Of a stretch of DNA of 64,000 nucleotides, positions 1 to 11,439 are shown one piece after another; within the stretch, counting starts at the first letter, position 1, and the number at the start of each line of letters is the position of its first letter. The notes beneath the pieces were generated by a model. That model was not told the DNA's origin and made no database searches. It saw only the letters and a list, made by a program, of their open reading frames with translations. Source of the stretch: Planctomycetota bacterium (GTDB lineage: Bacteria > Planctomycetota > UBA1135 > UBA2386); contig OZ245838.1 in the NCBI GenBank assembly GCA_965228735.1, positions 6,816,001-6,880,000 on the forward strand. The letters are read 5' to 3'. The position numbers and the translations under genes are program-made.

Positions 1-2
1 CC

Positions 3-2915
3 CGAGTTGTTGAGCATCAGCAGATCGCTGTCGGCCGCATCGGACGCGCGGCGGTAGATCGCCTCGGTCTTCTCGAGGTTGCCGGCCTGGTAGTAGTGGT
101 CGGCCAGCAGCGCGATGCCGAGCTTGATGCTCTCGTTCAGTCCGAGGTCGTCGCCGATGGCCTCCGGGCACAGCTCGACGGCCTGCATGAGCTTGTCCTC
201 GGCGAGATCGAAGTCCTTGGCCTGGAACGCGATGTTGCCCTGCTTGCCGAGCGTCATCGCGATCCAACGCTCGCAGCTCGCCCGGTAGTCGGCGTTCTGC
301 GCCATCGACTTCTCGAACGCCTGCCGTGCTGCATCGAGCGTCTTCACGGCCTGCTCCGGGTCGCCGAGCTCGCGCTGGTTGCTCGCCTCGAAGTAGCGCG
401 CCTTGCCGAGATACCAGATGCCGGTCGGGTCACGCCGCTTCTGCAGCACGCCGAGCGCGAGGTCGACCTGGTTCTGGTTGATCGCCGTGTCGGCGAACTT
501 GCCGAGCATCGCCGCGTCGTCCGGGTTCTTCGCGAGCGCGTCCTGGTAGACCCGCACGGCCGCGGCCGGCGCGCCGGCCCAGAGCTCCGTTGTCGCCCAC
601 AGATCGAGCGTCGCGCCGTCGGTCTGACCTTCGGCGGCGAGCAGGCGGAACGACTTCCGCGCGTCGGACAGCAGCTCCGGCGCGTCCTCGCCGGCCTGCT
701 TCTTCGCCGTGTAGGCCCGCGCCGCCGCGTTGGCGCGCACCGTGTGCGCCGCGTTGCGGTGTTCGGCCTGCCCGCCGCCGAGCGACTGCATGTGCAGCAG
801 CAGCGAGGACGCCGTCTTCGCCGCGTTCTCGAAGTCGCTGAGCTGGTAGTAGGCGTCCGCGAGCAGCAGGCGCGGCTCCACCGGATCGCTGTCGAGCTCG
901 ACCGCACGCTTCAGCGCGTTGATCGCGTCCTGGAAGAAGAACTCGACGCCGCTGCCGCCGGTCTGCGCCTTCTCCTTCGCGAGGCGCAGGTTGTAGTCCC
1001 CGCGCAGCGCCTGGAACGGGGCGTAGTCCTTGCACTCCTTCTGGATCTTGTCGAGCACCGCGAGCGCGCCGTGGATGTCGCCGGCCGCGGCCTTCTCGCG
1101 CGCCTGCGGCGCCGCCTTCTCGAACGCTTCCTTGCCGCCGCCCTGCTGCGCCATCGCGACGCTCGCGCCGGTGCTGGCCGCCGCGGTCGCGTTCGCCGCG
1201 ATGCCGCCGTTGCGCAGGATCGCCGCGGCTTCGCGCCGCTGGTAGGGGTAGTACTTCACGGCCTGCTCGCAGAACTCGCGGTACTCCGAGAACGGCCGGT
1301 TCAGGTTGTTGCCGAGCAGCACCGCGATGTTCTGGTAGGCGTCGCCGACCGCTTCCTCGAGGTTCTCGCGCGCGCCGGGGTCGGTCGACTCGTCCATCGC
1401 GGCGAGCTGCTCCGTGCCGAGCTCGATCGCCTGGTCGAAGCACTCGCGCGCGCGGTCGTAGCCGCGGCCGAGGTGGTAGACGAGCATCAGACCGCAGTCG
1501 TTGATCGTGCGCGCGTCGTCGGGCCACAGGCCGACCGCCTTCTCGTAGTAGCGGTAGCTCGTCTCCCAGAGTTCCTTCGCGCGAGCGCTGTCGCCGTCGC
1601 GCTCGACCTTGACGCCGAGGTCGCGGGCCGCGAGCGCCGCGTTGTTGTAGACGAAGCCCCATTGGTCGGGGTGGCGCGCGAGCACGCGTTCGTGGAACGC
1701 GAGCGTGCGTTCGAGCGCGTCGTCACCGCTCTCGGCGTGACCCGCCCCGATCGCGTCGATCAGACCCTGGTAGTGGTTGCCGAAGCTGTCGCGCACCACG
1801 GGCTGGCCGATCTCGTCGTAGGCATGGGCGAGCGGGCTCGCATTGGCGGCGGCGAACAGTCGCGTCTCGGCGCCGCCGAGGTCACCGACCTCGGCGAGGC
1901 AGCGCCCGGCCGACAGCTCGCACAGCGCGATCCACTGCGCTGCGCTGGCCGCGTGCTGCGGCATGACCGCGCTGTATTCGCCGAACTGCGTCTTGGCCTT
2001 GTCGTAGTTCGCGACGGCGCCCTGGAAGTTGCCCTGCTGGCGCTGGCCGTCGGCCTGGCCGAACAGCGCGCGGCCGTACTGCCAGTGCAGGATGACCGCG
2101 TCGGGGTTGGCCGCCGAGAAGCGGCGGTAGGCGCCCGCGAGTGCGGCGCGCTGCCCGATCGACGTCATCCACCCGATGTAGGCGTCGTGGATCGCGTTCT
2201 CGTCCGGGTGGTTCTGGATGCCGTGCTCGTACGCCGCCTGCGTCTTCTGGTCGTCCTGCAGGTAGCGGTAGACGATCGCCGTCTGGGTGGCCGCCTCGGC
2301 GGGGTAGTGCTCCCGCGCGAGGTGGTAGTTCTTGATGATCCGAACGGCCTGCTCGGCGTTCTTCTCGCTCGGCGGCACGATGCCGCGCGCGTTGGCCTCG
2401 CCGTTGTCGATCTCCTCCTGGCGCTTCGGGATCCACAGGCGCAGCTCGGAGTCCGCGTGCAGTCGCAGCGCGGTCGCGAGCTTGGGCTCGTCGACGTCGT
2501 CCTCGCCGGCCGCGGCGAAGCCTTCGGCCGCGACCTTGGCCGCGCCCGCGGCCGCGTCGAACTCGGCGAGGTCGAAGCGGCACTCGGCGAGCAGCAGCCA
2601 CGTCTCGGGCGCCGCGTTGCCGGCGTCGGTGACCTTCTCGAGCTGCGTCACCGCGTCGCGCAGGAAGAGGTCGGCCCGGCCCCGGTTGGGTTCGAGCGCG
2701 AGCATGCGCGAGCCCTGCGCCGCGAGCAGGCGGGCTTCCGCGAGGCCGGGGTTGCCCTTGAGCAGTTCGTCCGTGATCCGCAGCGCGCGGTCGGGGTCAT
2801 CGGCGAGCAGGCGCCGCGCCTCGAGCAGGCGTTCGGCTTCGACCGAGGTGGGGGTAGAAACGTTGGCGCAGGCCGCCAGAGCGGTCGCGCACCAAAACAG
2901 GGTCGATGACTTCAT
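3..2915 (-). CDS. TPR-repeat lipoprotein (3' end runs off the window)
   Basis: Absent from the ORF track because it has no stop in the window. Hand translation from ATG at 2915 gives MKSSTLFWCATALAAC (lipobox LAAC), then helical TPR-like segments (e.g. YYEKAVGLWPDDARTINDCGLMLVYHLG). Confidence 0.8.
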   Translation of the reverse strand, partial: MKSSTLFWCATALAACANVSTPTSVEAERLLEARRLLADDPDRALRITDELLKGNPGLAEARLLAAQGSRMLALEPNRGRADLFLRDAVTQLEKVTDAGNAAPETWLLLAECRFDLAEFDAAAGAAKVAAEGFAAAGEDDVDEPKLATALRLHADSELRLWIPKRQEEIDNGEANARGIVPPSEKNAEQAVRIIKNYHLAREHYPAEAATQTAIVYRYLQDDQKTQAAYEHGIQNHPDENAIHDAYIGWMTSIGQRAALAGAYRRFSAANPDAVILHWQYGRALFGQADGQRQQGNFQGAVANYDKAKTQFGEYSAVMPQHAASAAQWIALCELSAGRCLAEVGDLGGAETRLFAAANASPLAHAYDEIGQPVVRDSFGNHYQGLIDAIGAGHAESGDDALERTLAFHERVLARHPDQWGFVYNNAALAARDLGVKVERDGDSARAKELWETSYRYYEKAVGLWPDDARTINDCGLMLVYHLGRGYDRARECFDQAIELGTEQLAAMDESTDPGARENLEEAVGDAYQNIAVLLGNNLNRPFSEYREFCEQAVKYYPYQRREAAAILRNGGIAANATAAASTGASVAMAQQGGGKEAFEKAAPQAREKAAAGDIHGALAVLDKIQKECKDYAPFQALRGDYNLRLAKEKAQTGGSGVEFFFQDAINALKRAVELDSDPVEPRLLLADAYYQLSDFENAAKTASSLLLHMQSLGGGQAEHRNAAHTVRANAAARAYTAKKQAGEDAPELLSDARKSFRLLAAEGQTDGATLDLWATTELWAGAPAAAVRVYQDALAKNPDDAAMLGKFADTAINQNQVDLALGVLQKRRDPTGIWYLGKARYFEASNQRELGDPEQAVKTLDAARQAFEKSMAQNADYRASCERWIAMTLGKQGNIAFQAKDFDLAEDKLMQAVELCPEAIGDDLGLNESIKLGIALLADHYYQAGNLEKTEAIYRRASDAADSDLLMLNNS

Positions 2916-3195
2916 GAAGACAGCGGGCGCTCAGGCCAGCCCATAGCGGACACGCCCAGGTTCGAAGAACCGGGAAGCGAGAACCGGGATGGGAGCAGCG
3001 CGGGAGAGGGGGTTGGCGACCACTGTGATTGTCGCACCTGGACCCCGGCGGCACCAGGGTTGCCCGGCCCGGGTTTCGGTCGGACCGTGCTCGCGGCCGA
3101 ATATTTCGCTGATCCGGCCGGCAAGATCCTTGCGGCGCGGGCGTCCACAGCGGACGCGCGCCCGTTCGCGATTGCGCTACCATGACGCCGCTGCC

Positions 3196-4719
3196 ATGGC
3201 CCGAATCCCCTCCGCGTTGCTCTTCGCCCGCTCGTTCGCCGGCTTGATCGGTTCTTTGGCCGCGGCCCTGCTGCTGCTCGTGCCGCTGGCCGGGCTCGTG
3301 CCCGCGCAGGACATCGTCGTGCTCGAGGATCGGACGACCGTCCAGCTGCAGGGGCATGCCGGCCAACGCCTCGGCGCGACGCTGCCCAAACCCGGTTTCG
3401 GCGCCTGGCGCGTCGGTGAGCCGCTCGCCCACGCGGCCGACGGGGTGCAGGTCTACGCGTTCTACACGACGAAGGGCTGCCCCGAGCTCAGCGGTGACGT
3501 CGAGTACCTCGCCGAACTCGCCCGGCAGTTCGCGGATCGCGGCGTCCAGTTCGCGGTCGTCGTCGAGCCGGGTGCGGAGTTGCCGGACGCCCTCGGCACG
3601 CTGCGCGTCGTCGAGGACGTGGACAACGCGGTCGGCACGGCGTGGTGCGGCGGCGAGCCCGGCCAGGCCAACGTGCTCGTCGTCGGGCCGAGCGCGACGT
3701 TGACGTTCCGCGCGGGGCTCGGTCGCGGCGTCGTCGACGCGATCGATCGCACCCTGAGCGGCAAGACCGCGCTCGCCGACGTCGCGCGGATGGCGCTCGA
3801 ACTCAACCGCGTCGCGAGCAACTTCGACAGCGTCGTCGGCAAGTCGGCGCGGCGGCAGATCGACCCGGTGCTGCGCCTGTCCCCGCGCGACGGCTACGCG
3901 CTCGGACTGTCGTACCTCATCGCGTCGACCAAGGAACGCGACGCCGACAAGGCCGAGACCTGGCGGCTCGCGGCGACCGACCGGCTCGCCAACCTGCCGC
4001 GCCCGCTCGCGCTCTTCGTCGACCTCGTGCTGCGCGGCGAAGAGCGCCCCGAGAAGCTCGCCAAGCAGCTCCTGCTCGCGATCGTGCCGGCGTCCGCGCT
4101 GGCGGCCAACGATCCCGTCGTGCAGCTGGCGCATCTGCGGGTGCTCATCTGCGCGGGTCTGCACAAGCAGGCTGGCCGGCAGGCGGCCAAGGTCCAGAAG
4201 CTCGCGATGACCAACCCGGAGCACGCGGCCGTGCTCTGCGAGCTGCTCACCAGGACCGAAACGCCGGCCGCCTACGAGCCGATGTGCGAGCAGGCGCTGG
4301 CCGTTGCCGCCCGCGGCGGCATCGCGGCCAACCGGCTCGCGGCGCTGCGCTACCTCGTCGCGGCGCGCTGCTCGGAGGACCCGGACGCGGCGAAGAAGGT
4401 GCTCGATACGTTCGTGCAGAAGAACGGCGGGGCGAGCGGCATCAACAACACCTGCTGGTACCTGATGACGGACGTCCCGACGATGGGGCGATACTCCGCG
4501 TTCGGGGTCGCCCTGGCCGAGCGCATGCTGACCAATCGCGGCGGCATGAGCTACTTCGAGTTCGACACGGTCGCCTACGCCATGTTCCTGGACGGCCGGT
4601 TCAAGGAGGCCGTGGAGCTGCAGGAGACGGCGATCCAGAAGGGCGGCGGCAACGATCCCGAGTACAAGGAGCGCCTCGCGCGCTACGAGGCCGCGGCCGC
4701 GGCCGCCGCCGGGCGCTGA
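3196..4719 (+). CDS. Secreted protein with N-terminal thioredoxin/peroxiredoxin-like domain and C-terminal TPR-like helices
   Basis: Hydrophobic N-terminus; VYAFYTTKGCPELSGDVEYLAELARQFADRGVQF resembles the redoxin core; NNTCWYL...DTVAYAMFLDGRFKEAVELQETAI is TPR-like. Confidence 0.65.
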   Translation: MARIPSALLFARSFAGLIGSLAAALLLLVPLAGLVPAQDIVVLEDRTTVQLQGHAGQRLGATLPKPGFGAWRVGEPLAHAADGVQVYAFYTTKGCPELSGDVEYLAELARQFADRGVQFAVVVEPGAELPDALGTLRVVEDVDNAVGTAWCGGEPGQANVLVVGPSATLTFRAGLGRGVVDAIDRTLSGKTALADVARMALELNRVASNFDSVVGKSARRQIDPVLRLSPRDGYALGLSYLIASTKERDADKAETWRLAATDRLANLPRPLALFVDLVLRGEERPEKLAKQLLLAIVPASALAANDPVVQLAHLRVLICAGLHKQAGRQAAKVQKLAMTNPEHAAVLCELLTRTETPAAYEPMCEQALAVAARGGIAANRLAALRYLVAARCSEDPDAAKKVLDTFVQKNGGASGINNTCWYLMTDVPTMGRYSAFGVALAERMLTNRGGMSYFEFDTVAYAMFLDGRFKEAVELQETAIQKGGGNDPEYKERLARYEAAAAAAAGR

Positions 4720-4854
4720 GCCCGCCTCAGGCGGTGGTGGGACGGGTGGCGGGACCAGTGGCCCGGCGCGTGGCGCGGCTGCTGGCAGGACTGGGCCGCC
4801 GGTAGGGACTGGGGGCGGGTCCCGGGGACCGAGTGGCAAAAGGCCGTTCCGGCC

Positions 4855-4882
4855 TTGCCCCGGCCCGACCCGTTGCTATCCT
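4855..4882 (+). promoter_or_regulatory. Putative sigma70 promoter of rpmB
   Basis: TTGCCC-16 nt-TATCCT with extended TG. Confidence 0.35.
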
Positions 4883-4928
4883 GCTCCGCCCGTTTCCCCC
4901 CGAACCGCACCCCAACCAGCCCGCACCC

Positions 4929-5240
4929 ATGTCCAGAGTCTGTGACGTCACCGGTCGCCGCACCCGCGTCGGAAACAAGGTCAAGCGCCGTGGTCTCGCC
5001 AAGAAGGACGGGGGCGTCGGCCGCCGTGTGACCGGCCGCAGCAAGCGCAAGTTCAAGCCGAACATCCAGCCGATCCGGGTCCTCACCCCGGAAGGCAAGA
5101 TCCTGCGCCTCAAGGTCGCCACGTCGGTGATCAAGAAGGGCATCGTCACGATCAAGCAGGGCGACAAGCTGGTTTCGTTCCCGCTCGTGAAGGCCGTCCG
5201 CGGCCGCAACCGCGCGTTCTCGAAGGCGCAGAAGCAGTAG
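4929..5240 (+). CDS. rpmB: 50S ribosomal protein L28
   Basis: MSRVCDVTGRRTRVGN...RKFKPNIQ...LRLKVATSVIK matches the L28 pattern, with the RRGLAKKDGGVG insert. Confidence 0.95.
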   Translation: MSRVCDVTGRRTRVGNKVKRRGLAKKDGGVGRRVTGRSKRKFKPNIQPIRVLTPEGKILRLKVATSVIKKGIVTIKQGDKLVSFPLVKAVRGRNRAFSKAQKQ

Positions 5241-5338
5241 CTGACGCCCGCGGATCGACCGCGACGCTCGGCGGCGAGCCGATCGGAAACGGGCCAGTCG
5301 GTCGGGAATGAGCCGCGGGCTCGAACGTAGGGGTGACG

Positions 5339-5821
5339 ATGACGGATCCGAGTGCGGGCGATGACAGCGTGGGGGCGTCGGGGGCGCTCGATCTCGAGGA
5401 CCCGGCCCAGCTCGAGGTCGCCGTGCGCGAGGTCGCGTTGCGGCTGCTCGCCGGCGGGGTGTCGCGAGCGACGATCTCGCAGCTGCAGCGCATGATGCGC
5501 GAGAACGTCGGCGACTATCCGTGGCAGGAGGTCACGCGCCGCATCCTCGCCGAAGACGTCGACGCGCAGTCCCTCGTGCAACGCGGGCTGACCGCGCAGC
5601 GCGACTGGATCTGGCGTGGCGGGCGGGAGACGCCCGGGCCGTCGCTGTCGCATCGCACGAAGGGCTTCTTCGCGAAGCTCGTCGCGCAGACCATCTTCCT
5701 TTTGATCTGGGCCGTCGTGCTCGTGGCCGGGCTGCTGCTGCTCAAGCACCTGACGGGCATCGAGATCTACGTCGCGCTCGACTGGCTCTATTCGCTGTTC
5801 CCGAGCCTGCAGCCACGCTGA
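5339..5821 (+). CDS. Hypothetical membrane protein
   Basis: GC3-biased ORF with C-terminal hydrophobic helices. Confidence 0.7.
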   Translation: MTDPSAGDDSVGASGALDLEDPAQLEVAVREVALRLLAGGVSRATISQLQRMMRENVGDYPWQEVTRRILAEDVDAQSLVQRGLTAQRDWIWRGGRETPGPSLSHRTKGFFAKLVAQTIFLLIWAVVLVAGLLLLKHLTGIEIYVALDWLYSLFPSLQPR

Positions 5822-6032
5822 TCGGCGGGTCGCGAACAGAAAATTTCGCCCCCGGGGAACCGGCCTGGCGGCCGTTCTCTCCACGATCGGCTTGACGCCG
5901 GACCACTACGGTTCGGTTGCCGCGGTGGCATGGGGACTACGCGTTGTGGAGGACTGTCAAGGATTCGGTCGTAGCTGATTCACAAGTGTGGATTACGTCG
6001 TGGATTCGGCGGAAAAACCCGGGGGGCCCTTG

Positions 6033-6060
6033 TTGAAATCCGGTGGAACGGTGGCATGAT
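6033..6060 (+). promoter_or_regulatory. Putative sigma70 promoter
   Basis: TTGAAA-16 nt-CATGAT with extended TG, directly upstream of a structured segment. Confidence 0.35.
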
Positions 6061-6066
6061 CCATTT

Positions 6067-6356
6067 CCTGGCTTCCGCCAAGTTCTCGAAACGCCTAGTC
6101 GAGGACGGACGTGGGACCGGCAGTGGGAGTCCGCTCCCGCTGGCAGCGAAACGCTCTCTGAAAGACCAGCCGCCTGGACTGACCATCTTGGCGGCGTCGA
6201 AGCCGGGTTCGCCCGACTTCGAGCTAGCAGACACCAGTCGGGTCGTGGCTGTGTGGTGGAGACCAGTATCCCCCCTCCCTAACCGCCCTCTCCATTGCGT
6301 AGCCTGATCCGCATTCGCGGGCCTCAGTTCTGACCGGCTGAGGCCCGCTTTTTTTT
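6067..6356 (+). ncRNA. Candidate structured ncRNA or leader RNA, family not recognised
   Basis: Bounded by a promoter-like motif and a strong terminator; nested stems, a UUCG hairpin; no convincing coding signal. Confidence 0.45.
6317..6356 (+). terminator. Rho-independent terminator
   Basis: GCGGGCCTCAG/CTGAGGCCCGC 11-bp stem followed by T8. Confidence 0.85.
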
Positions 6357-6470
6357 GGGCCCGCTATTTTTTGGCCGTTGCGCCCCAGGTGTGGCCGCGG
6401 GGACCCTCGGGTGCCTGTAGATTCGGGATCCGGTGGCGCTAGAACCGGGCAAGACAGGCGGATACAGCGA

Positions 6471-7081
6471 ATGACGAAACCGGGTTTTCGCAAGGGACGT
6501 CCCGCCGGGACGCTCGGGGCAGCAGGCCGTGGCCAGGGCGGCGAGTCGGGCGCGTTCGTCAGCGGCGCGCTGTTCTCGCAGGCGCAGATCCTGCAGCTGA
6601 TGAAGAACGAGTTCGCGCGCTCGCGGCGGCACGAGATCCCGCTCGCGTGCCTGCTGCTGCAGGTCGATCGGCTCGCGCAACTCGTCGACCTCTACGGGGC
6701 CGGGCTGCGGCAGACCGTCCAGGAAAACGTCGCGACGATGGTGCGCGACCGGACCCGGGGCGCCGATTTGCTCGGCGTGACGTCGGCCGACCGCTACCTG
6801 CTCGTGCTGCCGCACACCGGGCTCGAAGAGACGCGCGTCGTCGCGGACCGGCTGCAGCGGCGCTTCGCCGAGCTCGAGATCGCGGTCGACGGGCGGCCGC
6901 TCGCGCTCACGATGAGCATCGGCATCGCGGCGAGCGTCGACGGTGACACGCTGTTCTTCGACACCCTCGTGGCGCAGGCCGAGGCCGCGATCGACTACGC
7001 GACCGAGCGTGGCGGCAACACGATCGTATCGTTCGGCGAGACCCAGCTGCACGGCCGCGACGGTGGCGGCGAGGGCAACGC

Positions 7082-7085
<4 letters not shown>
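6471..7085 (+). CDS. Degenerate GGDEF-domain protein with RxxD I-site (probable c-di-GMP receptor)
   Basis: EFARSRRH.PLACLLL, LTMSIGIA and AEAAIDYATERGGN fit the GGDEF fold; GGDEF is replaced by SADRY, preceded by RGAD. Confidence 0.8.
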
Positions 7086-8458
<1,373 letters not shown>

Positions 8459-8525
8459 CTGCCACGGATCCGGACCGGCGGTCGGGGCCTTGCGCCGCCC
8501 CGCGGCATCAACTGCAATCAGGTGC

Positions 8526-10688
8526 ATGATCGGCCCCTCGATCGGCGCGGCCCTCGGGCTCGCCGTCACGCTCGCTGCGCAGGCAGCGGCGACCCCGGTG
8601 GCGCAGTCGCCGGGCAAGTCGCGAGTCGACCCGCCGGCGCGGTTCGAACGCATCCTCTGGACCCGCGATGCCGCCGCGACCGGTGCGCGCGCGGTCGAAC
8701 TCGGCTTCACCGGCGTGCAGATCGGGCGCGGCGTCGACCCCGCGCCGGCCGCAGCCGCCGGGCTCGGGTTCTACCTCGATCAGCCGGTCGGCAAGGGGGT
8801 GCTCGAGCTGCGCGACCGCGAGTTCGTCCCGTTGCGTCAGGCCTACGAGAAGAGTCGCGACCCGGCCGTGCTCGTGCGGCCGGGCTGCTATGCGAAGGCG
8901 GAGTTCGTGGCCGATCTCGCCGCGCGGGCAGCCGCCGAGGCGCGGCGCGTCGCGGGAGCCGGCCTGCGCTTCGTCGCACTCGCCGACGAAGCCTCGGCGA
9001 CGCGGCACGACGCGCCGCTCGACACGTGCTGGTGCGGTGACTGTCTGCGGGCGTTCCGCAAGTTCGCGAAGCAGCGCTACCGCAGCATCGACGCGTTGAA
9101 CGCGGCGTTCGGCACCCAGTTCGAGCGCTTCGAAGACGTCGTGCCGCTCACGACCGATCAGGTGCGGCGACGCGAGCTCGGCGACGTCGATCTGCCGCTC
9201 GACCTGCGGCCGTTCACAGCGCGCCTCGACTTCGTCGACGGGCAGTTCGAACATCTCGTGCGCAGCGTGCAGAACGCGGTCGCGGCGGCCGTGCCCGGCG
9301 TGCCGGTCGGGCTCACGGGGCTCTCGGCGCCGAGCGCGTTCGGCGGCGGTGATCCCGCTCGCATCCTGCCGCTGCTCACGCTCGCCGAACCCTACGACGT
9401 CGGTTCGGCGCCGGCGCTCGCGGCGAGCTTCCTGCCGCCGGGGGCGCATCGCTATCGCACCGTGTTCCCGCCCGCCGAGGACACGCCGGCCGCGCGGGTG
9501 CCGGTGGAGTCGCTCGTGCGCGCGCAGCTCGCGGACATGGCCGCGCACGGCCTCGCGGGGCTGGTCGTCTGGAACGACGAAACGGTGCTCGCTGCCAGTG
9601 GCGGCGACGAGCCGGCCGCGACGACGCCGTTCGGCCGCGCGATCGTGGCCGGGCTCGGTCGGCTCGGGCCGGTGCTCGACGCGTGCGCGGGGGCGGAGAT
9701 CGCGACCGATCCGATCTGGATCGTCGAGTCGCAGCCGTCCGTGCGGTTGTGGTGGATGCTCGATTCGCAGCAGGACGGCATGAGCTGGCCGCGGCGCCTC
9801 GCGAGCTACGAACGCACCCACAGCACGAGTCAGGCTGCGCGCTCGGGCTGGCTCCTGCTGCTGCGCGATCTCGGGTTCCAGCCGCGCTTCGTGTCGGCCA
9901 CGCGCCTCGCCGCCGAACTGCCGGCGGGCCAGCCGCGGTGCGTCATCCTGCCGGCGACGATCGCGCTGTCGGATCGATCGATCCAGGCGCTCACGAGCTT
10001 CGTGCGGCTCGGCGGCACCGTGCTCGCGGATCATTCGCCGGCGCTCTACGACGAGGCGCTGCAGCGGCGTAAGGGCGGTGGACTCGACGCGCTGTTCGGA
10101 GTGCAGGAGCGGTCGTGGCGGTGGGACGATCTGCGCGTGCGGGAGGGCCGGGCGACCGTCGCCGCCGGCGGCGCCGCCGATCCGCTGCCGCGCGTGGCCC
10201 GCGGGCTGCGCGCCGGGCTCGCCGTTCGCAATCAGGACGGAGACGCGTTCGCCGAGGCGCGGCCAGGCCGGGGCCACGCGGTGTTGCTCAACGCGCCGGT
10301 GTGTGACTACGGCCGCATGCGGCTGTTGCCGGGCAAGGTCGCGTTCGCGCGCGAACTGCGCCGGCGGGTGCGTGCCGTGCTGCAGTCGGCGCGCTGCCGC
10401 GAGGCGTGCGACGTGCGTGGGCCGGGCCTGCCGACGTGTCTCGAACGGGTGCGGCTGCGCCTTCGCGACGGGCGCAACGTGCTCGCGATCCGGATGAATG
10501 CGCTCGCCGACCCGCCGCTCCTGCGCCGTCTCGCGCAGGACGGCCCGCGGTCGATTCGGCTGGCGCTGCCCGCGCCGCGTCGGCTGCGGCATCTCGCCGG
10601 GCCCGAGGTCGCCGCCGAGGCCGCAACCGAGTTCGACCTCCAACTCGACCCGTTCGGTGCACTGTTCCTCGAAGTGCTGCCGCGGTGA
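8526..10688 (+). CDS. GH42-like (beta-galactosidase trimerisation domain) secreted protein
   Basis: Signal peptide; CWCGDCLRAFRKFAKQRYRSIDALNAAFGTQF is GH42-like; VILPATIALSD...FVRLGGTVLAD fits the trimerisation/GATase-like domain. Confidence 0.65.
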   Translation: MIGPSIGAALGLAVTLAAQAAATPVAQSPGKSRVDPPARFERILWTRDAAATGARAVELGFTGVQIGRGVDPAPAAAAGLGFYLDQPVGKGVLELRDREFVPLRQAYEKSRDPAVLVRPGCYAKAEFVADLAARAAAEARRVAGAGLRFVALADEASATRHDAPLDTCWCGDCLRAFRKFAKQRYRSIDALNAAFGTQFERFEDVVPLTTDQVRRRELGDVDLPLDLRPFTARLDFVDGQFEHLVRSVQNAVAAAVPGVPVGLTGLSAPSAFGGGDPARILPLLTLAEPYDVGSAPALAASFLPPGAHRYRTVFPPAEDTPAARVPVESLVRAQLADMAAHGLAGLVVWNDETVLAASGGDEPAATTPFGRAIVAGLGRLGPVLDACAGAEIATDPIWIVESQPSVRLWWMLDSQQDGMSWPRRLASYERTHSTSQAARSGWLLLLRDLGFQPRFVSATRLAAELPAGQPRCVILPATIALSDRSIQALTSFVRLGGTVLADHSPALYDEALQRRKGGGLDALFGVQERSWRWDDLRVREGRATVAAGGAADPLPRVARGLRAGLAVRNQDGDAFAEARPGRGHAVLLNAPVCDYGRMRLLPGKVAFARELRRRVRAVLQSARCREACDVRGPGLPTCLERVRLRLRDGRNVLAIRMNALADPPLLRRLAQDGPRSIRLALPAPRRLRHLAGPEVAAEAATEFDLQLDPFGALFLEVLPR

Positions 10689-10708
10689 GTGCATAGTCCG
10701 GTCCGGAC

Positions 10709-11428
10709 ATGCAGATCCAGTGTCGGAGCTGCGGCCGCGACATCGCGGCCGCGGACATCAGCCTCGAACGGCTCGTTGCCAAGTGTGCGCACTGTGACGC
10801 GGTGTTCGCGTTCTCGGTCCCCGCGGCGGACGGTGGGGGCGGGGCCGCGCGTGAGCGCAAGCGCGCCGCTCTGCCTCCGATCGCACAACCGCGCGACTTC
10901 GTCGTCGAAGAGCAGGGGCGCGACCTCGTCATCGTGAAGTCGTGGCGCAGCGGGTGCGCGATCGCCTTCATGATCTTCTTCGCGGCGACGTGGAGCGGGA
11001 TCACCTGGACCGGTTTCGTGATGATGTCGATGACGGATGCCGGGTTCTTCCGGTGGTTCCTCATCCCATTCCTGTTGATCGGTGTACTGATCGTCTACGG
11101 CGTGGTCACCTTGTTGGTGAACTCGACGACGATTCGCGCCGCGCAGGGCATGTTGTCCATTCGGCACGGTCCGCTGCCGATGCCCGGCAACGTCGACCTG
11201 CCGGTGCGGGACGTCCGACAGCTGTTCGTGCAGCGGCAGTTCTCGTCGTCGCGCAGTTCGAGCGGCCGGACGTCCGTGCACGAGCGATTCGTGCTGCAGG
11301 CGCGACTCGAGGACGGCGAGAAGCGCAAGCTGCTCGATTGCCGTGACATCGACGCCGCGCTCTGGCTCGAGCACGCGATCGAGCGGCATCTCGGCATCGT
11401 GGACCGCCCCGAGCGCGGCGAGGTCTGA
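10709..11428 (+). CDS. Membrane protein with N-terminal zinc ribbon and two TM helices
   Basis: CRSC...CAHC plus two hydrophobic segments. Confidence 0.75.
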   Translation: MQIQCRSCGRDIAAADISLERLVAKCAHCDAVFAFSVPAADGGGGAARERKRAALPPIAQPRDFVVEEQGRDLVIVKSWRSGCAIAFMIFFAATWSGITWTGFVMMSMTDAGFFRWFLIPFLLIGVLIVYGVVTLLVNSTTIRAAQGMLSIRHGPLPMPGNVDLPVRDVRQLFVQRQFSSSRSSSGRTSVHERFVLQARLEDGEKRKLLDCRDIDAALWLEHAIERHLGIVDRPERGEV

Positions 11429-11439
11429 GCGCGGTGGCC

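Noticed and set aside
96..2909. 937-aa plus-strand ORF, and similar long antisense or off-frame ORFs (e.g. 2797..4839, 27338..29563, 37180..41433, 57012..59126)
   Set aside because: Shadow frames of real high-GC genes; Arg/Ala-rich with no motifs.
6056..6307. 83-aa ORF before the terminator
   Set aside because: No SD, atypical codon usage, and the start overlaps the putative -10; RNA structure explains the region better, though a small protein is not excluded.
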